Source: Candidatus Collierbacteria bacterium
Lineage (GTDB): Bacteria > Patescibacteriota > Microgenomatia > UBA1400 > JACPES01
Assembly: GCA_016183365.1 (NCBI GenBank)
Contig: JACPES010000003.1
Location: forward strand, 269,051-333,050
Reading direction: 5' to 3'
Length of the DNA: 64,000 nucleotides
Of the stretch, positions 1 through 9,825 are shown one piece after another. Within the stretch, counting starts at the first letter, position 1, and every line of letters starts with the position of its first letter. The notes under the pieces are model-generated. The model was given only the letters and a program-made list of their open reading frames with translations, had not been told where the DNA came from and did not search any database. The position numbers and the translations under genes were made by a program.

Positions 1-2245
1 GGCCAAAGCGGCTTTGGAAAGAAGAAGCCCCGAGGTTTACGATATTTTGGAAAAAATTACCAAAAATCACCCGGTTTTGCTCAACCGGGCCCCGACTTTG
101 CATAAATTAGGAATTCAGGCTTTTTATCCGATTCTGATCGAAGGCAGCGCTATCAGAATTCATCCTTGCGTTTGTTCCGGATATAACGCTGACTTTGACG
201 GCGACCAAATGGCTGTTCATGTCCCTCTGTCCGTTCACGCCCAGGAAGAAGCCGCGTCCATCATGATGCCGGAACGCAATTTATTAAAACCCTCCAGCGG
301 GACGCCCATAACCGTTCCAAATAAAGAAATGGCGATGGGTTGTTATTATTTAACTTCTTTCGACCCTAATTTTAAAGTTAGCGATTCGGTTTTTTCTGGA
401 AAAGAAGAAGTGATTACCGCTTTACAAAACAATTTTATTGAATACCGTCAACCGGTAATGGTTAGAATTGAAGGAAAAATAATTGAGACTACCGCCGGAA
501 GGATTATCTTTAACCGGGCTTTACCCGATGATGTGCCATTTATTAATCGGCCGATTACCGCCGGAGCAATCCAGGATTTAGTCAGGGAAGCTATAGGCAA
601 ATTAAGTATAGAAGATACGGTCAGTTTAATCGACTCGATTAAAGAGGTAGGTTTTAATGCCGCCACCATCTCCGGGTTATCGGTTTCTGTCAGCGATTGT
701 GTCCTTATTTCCGAAAAAGACGCTATTATAAATTATGCTAATCAAAGGGCGGTTCAAATTGAACAGAATTTTAATATTGGTTTGATTACCAATGAAGAGC
801 GTCGCCGCCTGACGAATCAGTTGTGGATGGAAACTACCGATACAATCGCCGAAAAAACCTGGAATGCTTTGGGCGAAAATAATGCCGTAAAAATTATCAT
901 CGATTCCGGCGGTACCCGGGCCAGCCGGGATCAGGTTAAGCAACTTTCGGCTATGCGCGGATTGGTGGTTGACCCGTTAGGCAATATCGTGGAATTGCCG
1001 ACTAAATCCAACTTCAGGCAGGGTTTGTCGGTGTTTGAATACGTTACCAGTACCAGAGGTTCGCGCAAGGGTTTGACTGATTCAGCCCTAAAAACAGCAG
1101 ATGCCGGTTATTTGACCCGCAGATTGGTTGATGTTACTCATGACGTAATTGTCAGAAGCGATAATTGCGGTACCGAGAGCGGCTTAACCATTTCTAAAAT
1201 CAACCGCCGCGGAGACCAATTTATCAAAAGAATCATTGGCCGGGTTTTGGCCGAAGATGTTTTAAGCCTCAAGAAAGTTATTGCCAAGCGCGGAGACCTA
1301 ATTGACGAATCAACCCAAAAGAAATTGCTGGGAGCTGGAGTGGATTCAGTTATAGTCCGTTCGCCGTTAACCTGCGTTTTGGCTTACGGGATTTGTAAAA
1401 TGTGTTACGGCTGGGATTTTGGCCAAAGAAAATTGGCTGAATTAGGGTTTCCGGCCGGAGTGGTTGCCGCCCAGTCAATCGGGGAACCGGGTACCCAGCT
1501 GACAATGCGGATTAAACATACCGGAGGTATCGTCGGTTTAGACGTAACCCAAGGATTGCCAAGAGTAGAAGAGTTATTTGAAGCCAGGACTCCCAAGATG
1601 CTGGCTCCAATATCTGGGATTGCCGGAAAAGTTGAGATTAAAGAAATCGACCGTGGAATTTTGATCAAAATTTCCGGTCAAGAAGGCGTCGAAGAAGAAC
1701 ATTTGGTGTCAGCTACCGCTCAGCTCCAGGTTCAAAACGGCCAGCAAGTGCCGGCCGGTTGGCAGATGGCTTCCGGAGCATTAGATGTTGATCAACTGGT
1801 GGAAGTTAAAGGAGTTAGAGCCTCACAAGAATATTTGATCCACGAAATCCAGACAGTTTATGAATCCCAGGGAATCCCGATTAACGATAAGCATTTTGAA
1901 GTCATTGTCAGGAAAATGAGCGATAAAGCCAGGATAGTTGATCCTGGTTCAACTGCTTTCCTGCACGGAGAATTAGTAGATTCGGTCACTTTAAATACCA
2001 CCAATGCTCAAGCGATAGCTTCCGGCGGGAAACCGGCGGCAGTCACCCAGGTTATTTTGGGAATTACCCGGGCCAGTCTTTATACTCATTCCTGGTTATC
2101 GGCAGCGTCGTTTATTGAAACCACCAAAGTCTTAACCGAAGCTTCGTTAGAAGGTAAAGAAGATCCGTTATTGGGATTAAAAGAAAACGTAATTATCGGT
2201 AGGTTAATCCCCACTTCGGGAGACCGCGCCGCCATTCCTGGTTGA
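1..2245 (+). CDS. rpoC: DNA-directed RNA polymerase subunit beta' (C-terminal part; 5' end lies outside the window)
   Basis: Translation contains the catalytic [12 protein letters not shown] motif and extended beta'-typical segments. The frame is open from base 1. TGA stop at 2243-2245. Confidence 0.93.
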   Translation, partial: AKAALERRSPEVYDILEKITKNHPVLLNRAPTLHKLGIQAFYPILIEGSAIRIHPCVCSGYNADFDGDQMAVHVPLSVHAQEEAASIMMPERNLLKPSSGTPITVPNKEMAMGCYYLTSFDPNFKVSDSVFSGKEEVITALQNNFIEYRQPVMVRIEGKIIETTAGRIIFNRALPDDVPFINRPITAGAIQDLVREAIGKLSIEDTVSLIDSIKEVGFNAATISGLSVSVSDCVLISEKDAIINYANQRAVQIEQNFNIGLITNEERRRLTNQLWMETTDTIAEKTWNALGENNAVKIIIDSGGTRASRDQVKQLSAMRGLVVDPLGNIVELPTKSNFRQGLSVFEYVTSTRGSRKGLTDSALKTADAGYLTRRLVDVTHDVIVRSDNCGTESGLTISKINRRGDQFIKRIIGRVLAEDVLSLKKVIAKRGDLIDESTQKKLLGAGVDSVIVRSPLTCVLAYGICKMCYGWDFGQRKLAELGFPAGVVAAQSIGEPGTQLTMRIKHTGGIVGLDVTQGLPRVEELFEARTPKMLAPISGIAGKVEIKEIDRGILIKISGQEGVEEEHLVSATAQLQVQNGQQVPAGWQMASGALDVDQLVEVKGVRASQEYLIHEIQTVYESQGIPINDKHFEVIVRKMSDKARIVDPGSTAFLHGELVDSVTLNTTNAQAIASGGKPAAVTQVILGITRASLYTHSWLSAASFIETTKVLTEASLEGKEDPLLGLKENVIIGRLIPTSGDRAAIPG

Positions 2246-2277
2246 CAGTTATCTCTTCAGCAGATACAGTTAAGCTT

Positions 2278-2937
2278 ATGAATAAGCCATTGTTTTTCGG
2301 ATTTTTATTATTGGGATTGACTTTTTTTATTCAGGTGAAAACCGTTTTTGCTGCCACCAATCCCCGGTTATATTTGGACCCGGCTACCGACAGCGTTGAG
2401 TCCGGATCCCAATTTACGATTAAACTATTTATCGACGCCGGAACTAAATTAACGATAGCCGCCGACGCTAAAATTTCTTTCCCTAAAGCTAAACTGGAAG
2501 TAGTTTCAGTTAAAAGCGGAACTTATTTCGATTCCGTCACTAAAATTATCGGCAATCAAACCGGCAATTTAGAGATCCACGCCTATAATCAAGCTCAAGG
2601 CGAAACCAAAACCGGTTTGGGCGAACTGGTAACTATTACCTTTAAATCTTTATCGCCGGGTTCGGCCTTTATCGATTTAGCGTGTAACGATGGCAGTACT
2701 ATTGATAGCAATATTGCCGATGTGGTTGGCAATGATATTATCGATTGCACTCAAACTTTCGGCAGCGAAATTTCCGTGACGCAAGCCGGGGTTGCCGACA
2801 CCGCTACTCCGACCTCGACCCCTTCCAAACTTCCGCAAGCTGGAAACATAAGTCCTTCTATAATGCTTTTGACAGTTGGATCATTGGCATTAATATCAGG
2901 CTTTTCGTTATTGGCAATGCAAAAAGAATCTGTATGA
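2278..2937 (+). CDS. Secreted surface protein with a cohesin-like beta-sandwich domain and a C-terminal LPQAG sortase-type sorting signal
   Basis: ATG at 2278 (MNKPLFFGFLLLGLTFF, a signal peptide). The body shows a cohesin-like pattern (AADAKISFPKAKLEVVSVKSGTYFDS... GELVTITFKSLSPGSAFIDLA). C-terminus: LPQAG, then a roughly 24-residue hydrophobic stretch, then a short QKESV tail. Confidence 0.5.
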   Translation: MNKPLFFGFLLLGLTFFIQVKTVFAATNPRLYLDPATDSVESGSQFTIKLFIDAGTKLTIAADAKISFPKAKLEVVSVKSGTYFDSVTKIIGNQTGNLEIHAYNQAQGETKTGLGELVTITFKSLSPGSAFIDLACNDGSTIDSNIADVVGNDIIDCTQTFGSEISVTQAGVADTATPTSTPSKLPQAGNISPSIMLLTVGSLALISGFSLLAMQKESV

Positions 2938-3254
2938 AAAAGAAACAATTGATCGGATTCGCATTTTTATCATTACTTCTCGGAGCCGGATTGGCTGGCG
3001 GTCTATATGTTATCAACACCCCGGCTAAAATAGCTCCCAGGGCCGTATCCCCCTCCTTAATAAATCAACCGTCTCCGACTAAAGTTTTGGCTCCGGCCAC
3101 AGTCCCGCCTCAAAAACCACCTGCCAAAACACAATTATCGGAACAGGCGATTATCGACGCTTTCGGAACAGTCTCGACAGACTTTGATCTAAATCAGGAC
3201 GGAACCGTTAATTCTTTAGATATTTTGGAATTTAGAAAAACTTTATTGAAGTAG
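2934..3254 (+). CDS. Small N-terminally membrane-anchored protein with a dockerin-like / EF-hand-like calcium-binding repeat
   Basis: ATG at 2934 overlaps the upstream stop (ATGA). It encodes MKKKQLIGFAFLSLLLGAGLAGG (TM or signal), a Pro-rich linker, then DFDLNQDGTVNSLDILEFRKTLL, which matches the dockerin DxNxDGxVNxxD pattern. The 5' part of the 2745 ORF overlaps the previous gene and was trimmed. Confidence 0.45.
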   Translation: MKKKQLIGFAFLSLLLGAGLAGGLYVINTPAKIAPRAVSPSLINQPSPTKVLAPATVPPQKPPAKTQLSEQAIIDAFGTVSTDFDLNQDGTVNSLDILEFRKTLLK

Positions 3255-4265
3255 TTTCGGTTGATCGATCTCCTGAAAAGATACCGTGGAGGTGATTTTT
3301 TGCCCCAATCTTTGGGTATGGCCTGAAACATCGCTGAATTTGTTGTACGCGTTATTGATATGCCCGCCTAAGATGTTTAACGAATCTTCCAATTGTCCAT
3401 AATCTTTTTCCACCGCCCGCAACAGATTTAAAATTTGCCTTGATCGAGAGGCGAATTGTTTGCCTTGAAATGCCCGCATAATTATTGACAGAGTGGCGTA
3501 CATGGTGTTCGGGCTGACCGGATAAATCCTTAAATTCCTGGAGTAATCCATTAAATCGGGGTTAGTGGCGATTTCGTAATATACCGATTCGCTGGGGATG
3601 TACATCATCGCAAAATCGGTAGTCCCTTCGTCCGGCAAAACGTATTTTGAAGAGATGGCCCGAATATGTTTTTTCACGTCGTTGACAAATTCCTTGCCGG
3701 CTTTTTCTCTTTCAGATTTTTCTTCCGCTTGATTCATTTTCTGAAAATTTTCCATCGGGAATTTGCTGTCTATCGGCAAAATTCCGGCGTCGGTTTTGAT
3801 AGCCGCGTCCACCTTGTCTCCGGAAACAAATTGATATTGGAGATAAAAAGAACTTTGAGGAATCATTTGGGCGATTAGATCGTTCAGGACTTGCTCGCCG
3901 ATATTTCCCCGTAGTTTCGGGCTTTTTAAAAATTCGTGCAATTCTTTCATTGATCGGCCGATTTCGCTGAAACTGCCGGTTTCGCGCTTTAACTCGCCGA
4001 TAACCTCGGCAGCTTTAGTCAGGCGCTCATGGATATCGTGGGTTTGTTTAGTCAAAGATTCTGATAAATGGCGGGTAGAATCCGATAAAGTTTCGTTAAG
4101 GACTTTTTTAGTGTCCGAAATATCTCGGCTCATGGTCTTTAACCATTCGGTCATGGTTTCATCGGTCTTAGGTTTTTTTAATTCCTGAATCTGGCGGTTA
4201 AGATACCAGGTGATAGCCGCCAAAACTGCGATTAAAACCGCCGCCGCTAAAGATAGTTCCAGCAT
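3243..4265 (-). CDS. rmuC: DNA recombination protein RmuC
   Basis: N-terminal TM segment, long coiled-coil region, and the RmuC-typical C-terminal region (GNIGEQVLNDLI ... YVLPDEGTTDFAMMYIPSESVYYE). Confidence 0.8.
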   Translation of the reverse strand: MLELSLAAAVLIAVLAAITWYLNRQIQELKKPKTDETMTEWLKTMSRDISDTKKVLNETLSDSTRHLSESLTKQTHDIHERLTKAAEVIGELKRETGSFSEIGRSMKELHEFLKSPKLRGNIGEQVLNDLIAQMIPQSSFYLQYQFVSGDKVDAAIKTDAGILPIDSKFPMENFQKMNQAEEKSEREKAGKEFVNDVKKHIRAISSKYVLPDEGTTDFAMMYIPSESVYYEIATNPDLMDYSRNLRIYPVSPNTMYATLSIIMRAFQGKQFASRSRQILNLLRAVEKDYGQLEDSLNILGGHINNAYNKFSDVSGHTQRLGQKITSTVSFQEIDQPKLLQ

Positions 4266-4333
4266 ATAACTTCTATGATAACATCATTTACGCCTCACTG
4301 TCTTCCGCCCTTGGCGAAACTATATAAATAACC

Positions 4334-4672
4334 ATGGAACAAGTCTATAAAATTCTAGCCCAGATAATCGCCGATACCTCGTCTCCGGATGAAGCCCAAG
4401 CTCTGATATCCGATTTATTCTCCGAAACCGAGAGGCAGGGGATTGCTAAAAGATTAGCCGTAACCTTGATGTTGTCTAATGGCCGGAGTTACAACGAAAT
4501 AAAAAAACAATTGGGGGTCAGCTCGGCCACCATCGCCAGAATTCAGGAATCGCTGGATAAACCCGGAATTAAAATAGCCATTTCAAAAGTTAAAACCGAC
4601 GAATGGGCCGGCAAATTGGCCAATAAATTCGCCGGGGCTTTAGATAAACTTCTTGCCAAACCCACTCCCTGA
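4334..4672 (+). CDS. YerC/YecD family TrpR-like DNA-binding protein
   Basis: 112 aa carrying the ERQGIAKRLAVTLMLSNGRSYNEIKKQLGVSSATIARIQESL helix-turn-helix signature of the TrpR-related YerC family. Confidence 0.75.
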   Translation: MEQVYKILAQIIADTSSPDEAQALISDLFSETERQGIAKRLAVTLMLSNGRSYNEIKKQLGVSSATIARIQESLDKPGIKIAISKVKTDEWAGKLANKFAGALDKLLAKPTP

Positions 4673-4843
4673 TTTTTCCTATTTCCCTCAGTCAAACGAA
4701 ATCTTCCTGTGTCTTTCTTCAAAAACAATTCTAAATTTCTCAAAGACCGAGTCTCGACCCAAGAAATTAACTGATACATGATATTCAAAAGAAAAAACTA
4801 TCGGACAAACTAAATTTTTACTTGCGACTGCAATTTTTAAGCT

Positions 4844-5221
4844 GTGGATATATCCTTTGATTCGACCACCAACTCCGCCAAGATATATTTTTTTCCACTA
4901 AGATTTTATGAATCCCTGCCTGGCTTTAAATGCGTAGCCAACTATCCGGATTTTGTAATGTTTTCCGCCGGAAATTTCTATTTGGGATTAACCACTCATA
5001 AAGGGAAAACGTCGAAAAATTTGTTCAGTGAATTTAATATTGGTTTGGACCATTTTTCTTTTGAGGTAAAATCAAAGAAAGATTTGGAAAACGCGCTGGA
5101 GTTTTTTGATAAAAACAAAATTCCGCACGGAAATATCGATGAACTGTCAAATGGCTTGTTGATTCTGGTATTCCGCGAACCTGATAACATTCAGCTAGAG
5201 CTTTGCTGTAAAGAACAATGA
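4844..5221 (+). CDS. Hypothetical protein, possibly VOC/glyoxalase-like fold
   Basis: 125-aa ORF immediately upstream of metG, with a 4-nt overlap. Weak glyoxalase-like pattern only. Confidence 0.35.
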   Translation: MDISFDSTTNSAKIYFFPLRFYESLPGFKCVANYPDFVMFSAGNFYLGLTTHKGKTSKNLFSEFNIGLDHFSFEVKSKKDLENALEFFDKNKIPHGNIDELSNGLLILVFREPDNIQLELCCKEQ

Positions 5222-6642
5222 GAAAGAAGTTTTATATCACCACTACCATCCCTTACGTTAACGCCGATCCGCATATCGGGTTCGCCTTAGAAATTGTACA
5301 AGCCGATGTTCTGGCAAGATTTCATCGGCTTTTTGGTGATGAAATATTTTTTAATACTGGGACTGACGAGCACGGTCAAAAGATCTATCAAAAAGCATTA
5401 GAAGCAGGAAAAGATCCACAAAAGTATTGCGACGAATACGCCGCTAAATTCGACAATTTAAAATCTTCCCTTAATTTGAGCTACACCAATTTTATCCGGA
5501 CTACCGATCCCCACCATAAAAAATCCGCCCAAGAATTTTGGAAGCTGTGCGCTGCCAAAGGTGATATTTATAAGGCTAATTATAAAGTGAAATATTGTGT
5601 TGGCTGCGAGCTGGAAAAAACCGATTCAGAATTGACTGAAGGTATTTGTCCGATCCATCCCAATCTTAAGTTGGAGATTAGAGAAGAGGAAAACTATTTT
5701 TTCAAATGGTCGGGATACAAAGATAAACTCTTAAATCTCTATAAAGATAATCCCGAATTTGTGGTTCCTGATTTTAGGTATAACGAACTAAAAAAGTTTG
5801 TTACGTCCGGTCTGCAGGATTTTAGTATCTCTAGATTAAAAGAAAAAATGCCATGGGGAGTTGATGTCCCGGATGATCCCAAGCACGTTATGTATGTTTG
5901 GTTTGACGCCTTAGTAAATTATATTTCCGCTACCGGCTGGCCGGAAGACGAAAAAAGTTTCAGCGCTTGGTGGCCGGGAATTCAGATTGCCGGGAAAGAC
6001 AATCTAAGGCAGCAATCGGCCATGTGGCAAGCAATGTTGATGTCAGCCGGACTTCCCAATACAAAACAAATCATGATTCATGGTTTCATTACCAGCGGTG
6101 GACAGAAAATGAGTAAAAGTTTGGGTAATGTGGTAAGCCCATATGATTTGGTTGACAAATACGGAACCGATGCGACAAGATATTATCTTTTGGCAAAAAT
6201 TAATCCATTTGAAGACGGCGATTTCACTTATGCTAAGTTTGAGGAAGCTTACAATTCCGACCTCGCCAACGGACTGGGAAATTTAGTCCAACGGGTAGCA
6301 AAACTCTGTGAATTAAAGAATCTTGTTTTATCTTTTACTAATCCTTTTGATCCTTCTTTTCCATCTATTTCCTCCCATATCGAAAACTTTGAATTTAACT
6401 TAGCCATAGAGGAATTATGGCGGGAATTCAGCGATCTCGACGCCAAAATTAATCTTGACAAGCCATGGAAAAAATCTGACGAGGAAGCGGGTAAAGACTT
6501 AAAGGTATATCTTGAGAAAATCCTGCAATTAACGTTGCCGTTGAGTATTTTTCTTCCCTCAACCGCCGCTAAAATCCAACAGATTTTCGCAGGCCCAAAA
6601 ATTTCCGCCCCCTCCAGCCCCTTGTTTCCACGCATCGGGTAA
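5218..6642 (+). CDS. metG: Methionine--tRNA ligase (short form, no C-terminal tRNA-binding domain)
   Basis: Class I aaRS motifs: PYVNADPHIGFALE (HIGH-like) and GGQKMSKSLGNVV (KMSKS). Overall MetRS-like. Confidence 0.88.
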   Translation: MRKKFYITTTIPYVNADPHIGFALEIVQADVLARFHRLFGDEIFFNTGTDEHGQKIYQKALEAGKDPQKYCDEYAAKFDNLKSSLNLSYTNFIRTTDPHHKKSAQEFWKLCAAKGDIYKANYKVKYCVGCELEKTDSELTEGICPIHPNLKLEIREEENYFFKWSGYKDKLLNLYKDNPEFVVPDFRYNELKKFVTSGLQDFSISRLKEKMPWGVDVPDDPKHVMYVWFDALVNYISATGWPEDEKSFSAWWPGIQIAGKDNLRQQSAMWQAMLMSAGLPNTKQIMIHGFITSGGQKMSKSLGNVVSPYDLVDKYGTDATRYYLLAKINPFEDGDFTYAKFEEAYNSDLANGLGNLVQRVAKLCELKNLVLSFTNPFDPSFPSISSHIENFEFNLAIEELWREFSDLDAKINLDKPWKKSDEEAGKDLKVYLEKILQLTLPLSIFLPSTAAKIQQIFAGPKISAPSSPLFPRIG

Positions 6643-6651
6643 AATATACCC

Positions 6652-8154
6652 ATGGACTCAATAAAACGCTACTTCCTCCGCCACCCGATCCGCACCCGGA
6701 GGGCTTTGGAAATCCTGCCGGGGTCGGTTAGTTGGTTTCTCATTTTATTTCCAATCTGGGGGTCGTTTCTCATTCCAGAAATCGTCGCGATTTACATCGT
6801 TACATTTACGGTATATTGGCTGTATAGGTCTCTCTCTGTGGCTGGTTTTGCGCTCGTCGGACACTTTAAGATCGAGGCCAGTAAAAGGTTTGACTGGGTA
6901 GGAGACCTCGCGTTCTTCCCGGATTGGCAGCGGATTCGTCACATCGTCGTTTTGCCGACGTACAAAGAGCCTTTGGGAACCTTGCAACGATCCTTAAAAG
7001 GCATTGCGAACCAAACATTTCCACTGAAACGAATTCACGTCATTCTTTCATTTGAGGTTCGCGAGGGAGATGCGGTGAAAGAAAAAGCGAACAAGCTTCG
7101 AGAAGAATTTGGAAACCGGTTCGGCACGTTTGACGTTACCTTCCACCCGGATATTCCGGGAGAAGTGAAGGGGAAATCGAGTAATTCTGCGTGGGCAGCT
7201 ACGTCTGTCGTTGAGCCGAAACTCATCAGGAAAGGCATTATCGATGCGAAGTACGCGACTATAACGAGCATGGACGCGGACGCGCAACTCCACCAGAATT
7301 ACCTTGCGGCCCTCGCGTACAACTTTCTTGACCATCCGAAACGGTATGAGCGTTTTTGGCAACCAAGTATCATGTTCTACAACAACATCTGGCGGATTCC
7401 TGCTCCGATTCGGGCTTTGGTTACCGTGTGGGGAGTGATCCACATGTATCTTCTGGTCCGTCGGGACAGGCTCATCAACTTTTCGACATATTCTCTCTCG
7501 CTACAGCTGCTCCGATCATTCGGATATTGGGATACGAACGTGATTCCGGAGGATTACCGTGTCTTCTTTAAGGCATTTTTCGCAACGAAAGGAAGAGTGG
7601 AGGTCGAACCGATTTTCTTACCGGTCTCGATGGATGCAGCCCAGTCTACGACGTTTTGGAGAACGATGGTCAACCAGTACGAACAAGTGAAGCGGTGGGC
7701 GTGGGGAGTTGCGGACGACCAGTACGTCATCCGGCAGACGGTCCTGACCGCAGGTTTACCGTTCTGGGACAAGATCTTGCGGGTGGTCAGGCTCATGGAG
7801 GATCATTTCCTCTGGCCGGTTAACTGGTTTGCGATCACCATTGGCGCCTTGCTCCCGCCGCTGTTGAATCCGACATTTTCAAGGACGGTGATCGGGAAGA
7901 CGCTTCCCCAAGTAAGCTCCGGGATTCTCACTGTTTCGCTTGTTGCGATTATCGTTATCTTATTCATTGACGCTCGGCAACGGCCGAAGCGGCCGGCAAA
8001 TGTTTCTCGGTTTCGGCGGCTTCTTCAACCCCTTGAGTTTTTTCTGCTTCCGGTTGTGGGATTTTTTTTCAACGCTCTCCCCGGTCTTGACGCCCACACC
8101 AGATTGATGATGGGGCGATATTTGGAATACCGGGTAACGGAAAAAGTCGAGTAA
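6652..8154 (+). CDS. Processive family-2 glycosyltransferase (cellulose/chitin-synthase-like), integral membrane
   Basis: N-terminal TM helices, a DxD-type MDADAQ motif, QVKRWAWG (the Q-x-x-R-W motif of processive GT2) and C-terminal TM helices. Noticeably higher G+C than the flanking genes. Confidence 0.7.
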   Translation: MDSIKRYFLRHPIRTRRALEILPGSVSWFLILFPIWGSFLIPEIVAIYIVTFTVYWLYRSLSVAGFALVGHFKIEASKRFDWVGDLAFFPDWQRIRHIVVLPTYKEPLGTLQRSLKGIANQTFPLKRIHVILSFEVREGDAVKEKANKLREEFGNRFGTFDVTFHPDIPGEVKGKSSNSAWAATSVVEPKLIRKGIIDAKYATITSMDADAQLHQNYLAALAYNFLDHPKRYERFWQPSIMFYNNIWRIPAPIRALVTVWGVIHMYLLVRRDRLINFSTYSLSLQLLRSFGYWDTNVIPEDYRVFFKAFFATKGRVEVEPIFLPVSMDAAQSTTFWRTMVNQYEQVKRWAWGVADDQYVIRQTVLTAGLPFWDKILRVVRLMEDHFLWPVNWFAITIGALLPPLLNPTFSRTVIGKTLPQVSSGILTVSLVAIIVILFIDARQRPKRPANVSRFRRLLQPLEFFLLPVVGFFFNALPGLDAHTRLMMGRYLEYRVTEKVE

Positions 8155-8201
8155 TTTGCAGTGCTTGCTATATTCATGGTGTTTGTGATACTTTTTAAAA
8201 C

Positions 8202-9512
8202 ATGAATCAATTTACGGCTTCTTTATGGGGGGACGAGGCGTTCTCCACAATTTTGGCAATGAGAGATCCAGTTGAAATCATTAAGACGGTGGCCAAAGAC
8301 ACTTCCCCATTTCTGCATCCTTTAATACTTCATTACTGGATGAATATCTTTGGGACTTCAGAGGTGGCCATTCGCAGTCTATCATTTATTTTTTATTTCC
8401 TGACGGTGGTTACCGCCTATTTTATTGGCAAAACTATTGAAAATAAAAAAACGGGATTGTTGGTCGCTTTAATGGTAGTTGTAAACCCGTTCCTATTTGC
8501 CTATGCTTTCGAAGGTCGAATGTACTCGCTTCTACTCTTTACTTCCACCTTGTCTACATATTTTTTTCTAACTAGAAAACCCTGGCTTCATGCTTTAGCC
8601 ACCGCTGCGGCTTTATACACTCACCATTTTTCTTTGACAGTGATTGGAATTCAAGGCATCTGGACCTTTTTTCAAGCTCTGACTTTGCCTAAAAAATCTA
8701 ATTTTGTCAAAAGCATCTTCAGCCGATATTGGTCATTTGGTTTGGCGTTATTGATTTACTCTCCCTGGCTTCCAACTCTTTATCAACAAACCCAAATGGT
8801 AATTTCAGGTTTTTGGTTGCCTAAACCATCTTTTTCTGATTTGACTGGTTTGTATTCAAGTTTTGTAATTGGAAGCCATGAAGGGATCGTTAGACTTATC
8901 CTTTTGGGATTGGTGGGAACCATTCTGATTTTTAGGAAATGGAGGCAAAACAAATGGCAATATTGGTTTTGTCTAAGTTGGTTCCTAATTCCTACTTTTT
9001 TAGTTTGGCTTTTCTCCCAATTTAAGCAATCAATATTTTTTGACCGCTATTTGCTGGCCTCAATTCCCGGGGGATTGTTTTTTTTGGTTTCCAGAAGAAG
9101 GGGTTGGTATTCTCTGGCCCCAATTATTTTGTTAATGGTTTTTTTATTCTGGTATGACTGGCAATATTTCGGCAATCCTACCCGAAGGCCATTTAGGGAA
9201 TTGGCTGACTATGTCAAACAGACACGCCAGCCCGGAGATGAATTGGTGAACTGGAATACCACCGCCCATCATCTTTGGGAATTAAAATATTATCAGATTC
9301 CAGCGCCTATTTATGCCGACGGGGTAACAGAATTACCATTCTTTGTGGGGACTGCCTTGATGCAGACCGGAGACATTATTCAAAAACTTCCCAATGCTCC
9401 CCGATTGGGTATAATCTACAGTGGCGATCCCGGGATGATTGAAGTCGATAATTATGAAATTATGGAAGAAAAAAAGTTTGGAGATTTGACGTTTCAATGG
9501 TGGCGGTTTTAG
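8202..9512 (+). CDS. GT-C superfamily membrane glycosyltransferase (ArnT/PMT-like)
   Basis: 436 aa, polytopic, with an N-terminal WGDEAFS acidic motif in the first loop, typical of ArnT/PMT-type GT-C enzymes. Confidence 0.55.
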   Translation: MNQFTASLWGDEAFSTILAMRDPVEIIKTVAKDTSPFLHPLILHYWMNIFGTSEVAIRSLSFIFYFLTVVTAYFIGKTIENKKTGLLVALMVVVNPFLFAYAFEGRMYSLLLFTSTLSTYFFLTRKPWLHALATAAALYTHHFSLTVIGIQGIWTFFQALTLPKKSNFVKSIFSRYWSFGLALLIYSPWLPTLYQQTQMVISGFWLPKPSFSDLTGLYSSFVIGSHEGIVRLILLGLVGTILIFRKWRQNKWQYWFCLSWFLIPTFLVWLFSQFKQSIFFDRYLLASIPGGLFFLVSRRRGWYSLAPIILLMVFLFWYDWQYFGNPTRRPFRELADYVKQTRQPGDELVNWNTTAHHLWELKYYQIPAPIYADGVTELPFFVGTALMQTGDIIQKLPNAPRLGIIYSGDPGMIEVDNYEIMEEKKFGDLTFQWWRF

Positions 9513-9544
9513 TGGAAGGAGTTTTGGCTTGGGAAAATATATTC

Positions 9545-9583
9545 GGCAAAACCTTACCACAGGTTAACTCCGGGATTTTGACA
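9545..9583 (+). other. Duplicated fragment of the 3' part of the GT2 gene at 6652..8154
   Basis: Translates as GKTLPQVNSGILT, against GKTLPQVSSGILT encoded at 7895..7933. About 80% nucleotide identity over 39 nt, followed by a GC-rich tail. Confidence 0.5.
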
Positions 9584-9825
9584 ATTTTCCCTCTGGCGCG
9601 GCGTTTTCCGTCCACCGACCCGGGATAGGCCAGAATGAGAACGACAATTCAGAATAACATAATAAGAATAAGCGAGAGTAGGAAAACCACATCGAAAGTC
9701 ATAATTACTTTTTACGCATTAATATGAGACTAATCAGCCAACAAATTAGTACTGCTACTAATCCTAATATTAGTACTTCAGCACGGAAGCTGTCAAATGA
9801 AATAAGCGGTGATAAAATAATCAAA

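Noticed and set aside
448-1668. Antisense ORFs (448..669, 677..943, 1405..1668 on minus) inside rpoC
   Set aside because: They lie fully inside a highly conserved, confidently identified gene on the opposite strand. Their translations are low-complexity with no family resemblance.
2745-2933. 5' part of the 2745..3254 ORF overlapping the cohesin-like gene in another frame
   Set aside because: The upstream 63 codons overlap the end of the 2278..2937 gene and translate to nonsense-like sequence. A good ATG with a hydrophobic N-terminus is at 2934, so the call was trimmed.
4543-4788. Minus ORF 4543..4788 overlapping the 3' end of the yerC-like gene
   Set aside because: No family resemblance. 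It overlaps a confidently assigned small regulator.
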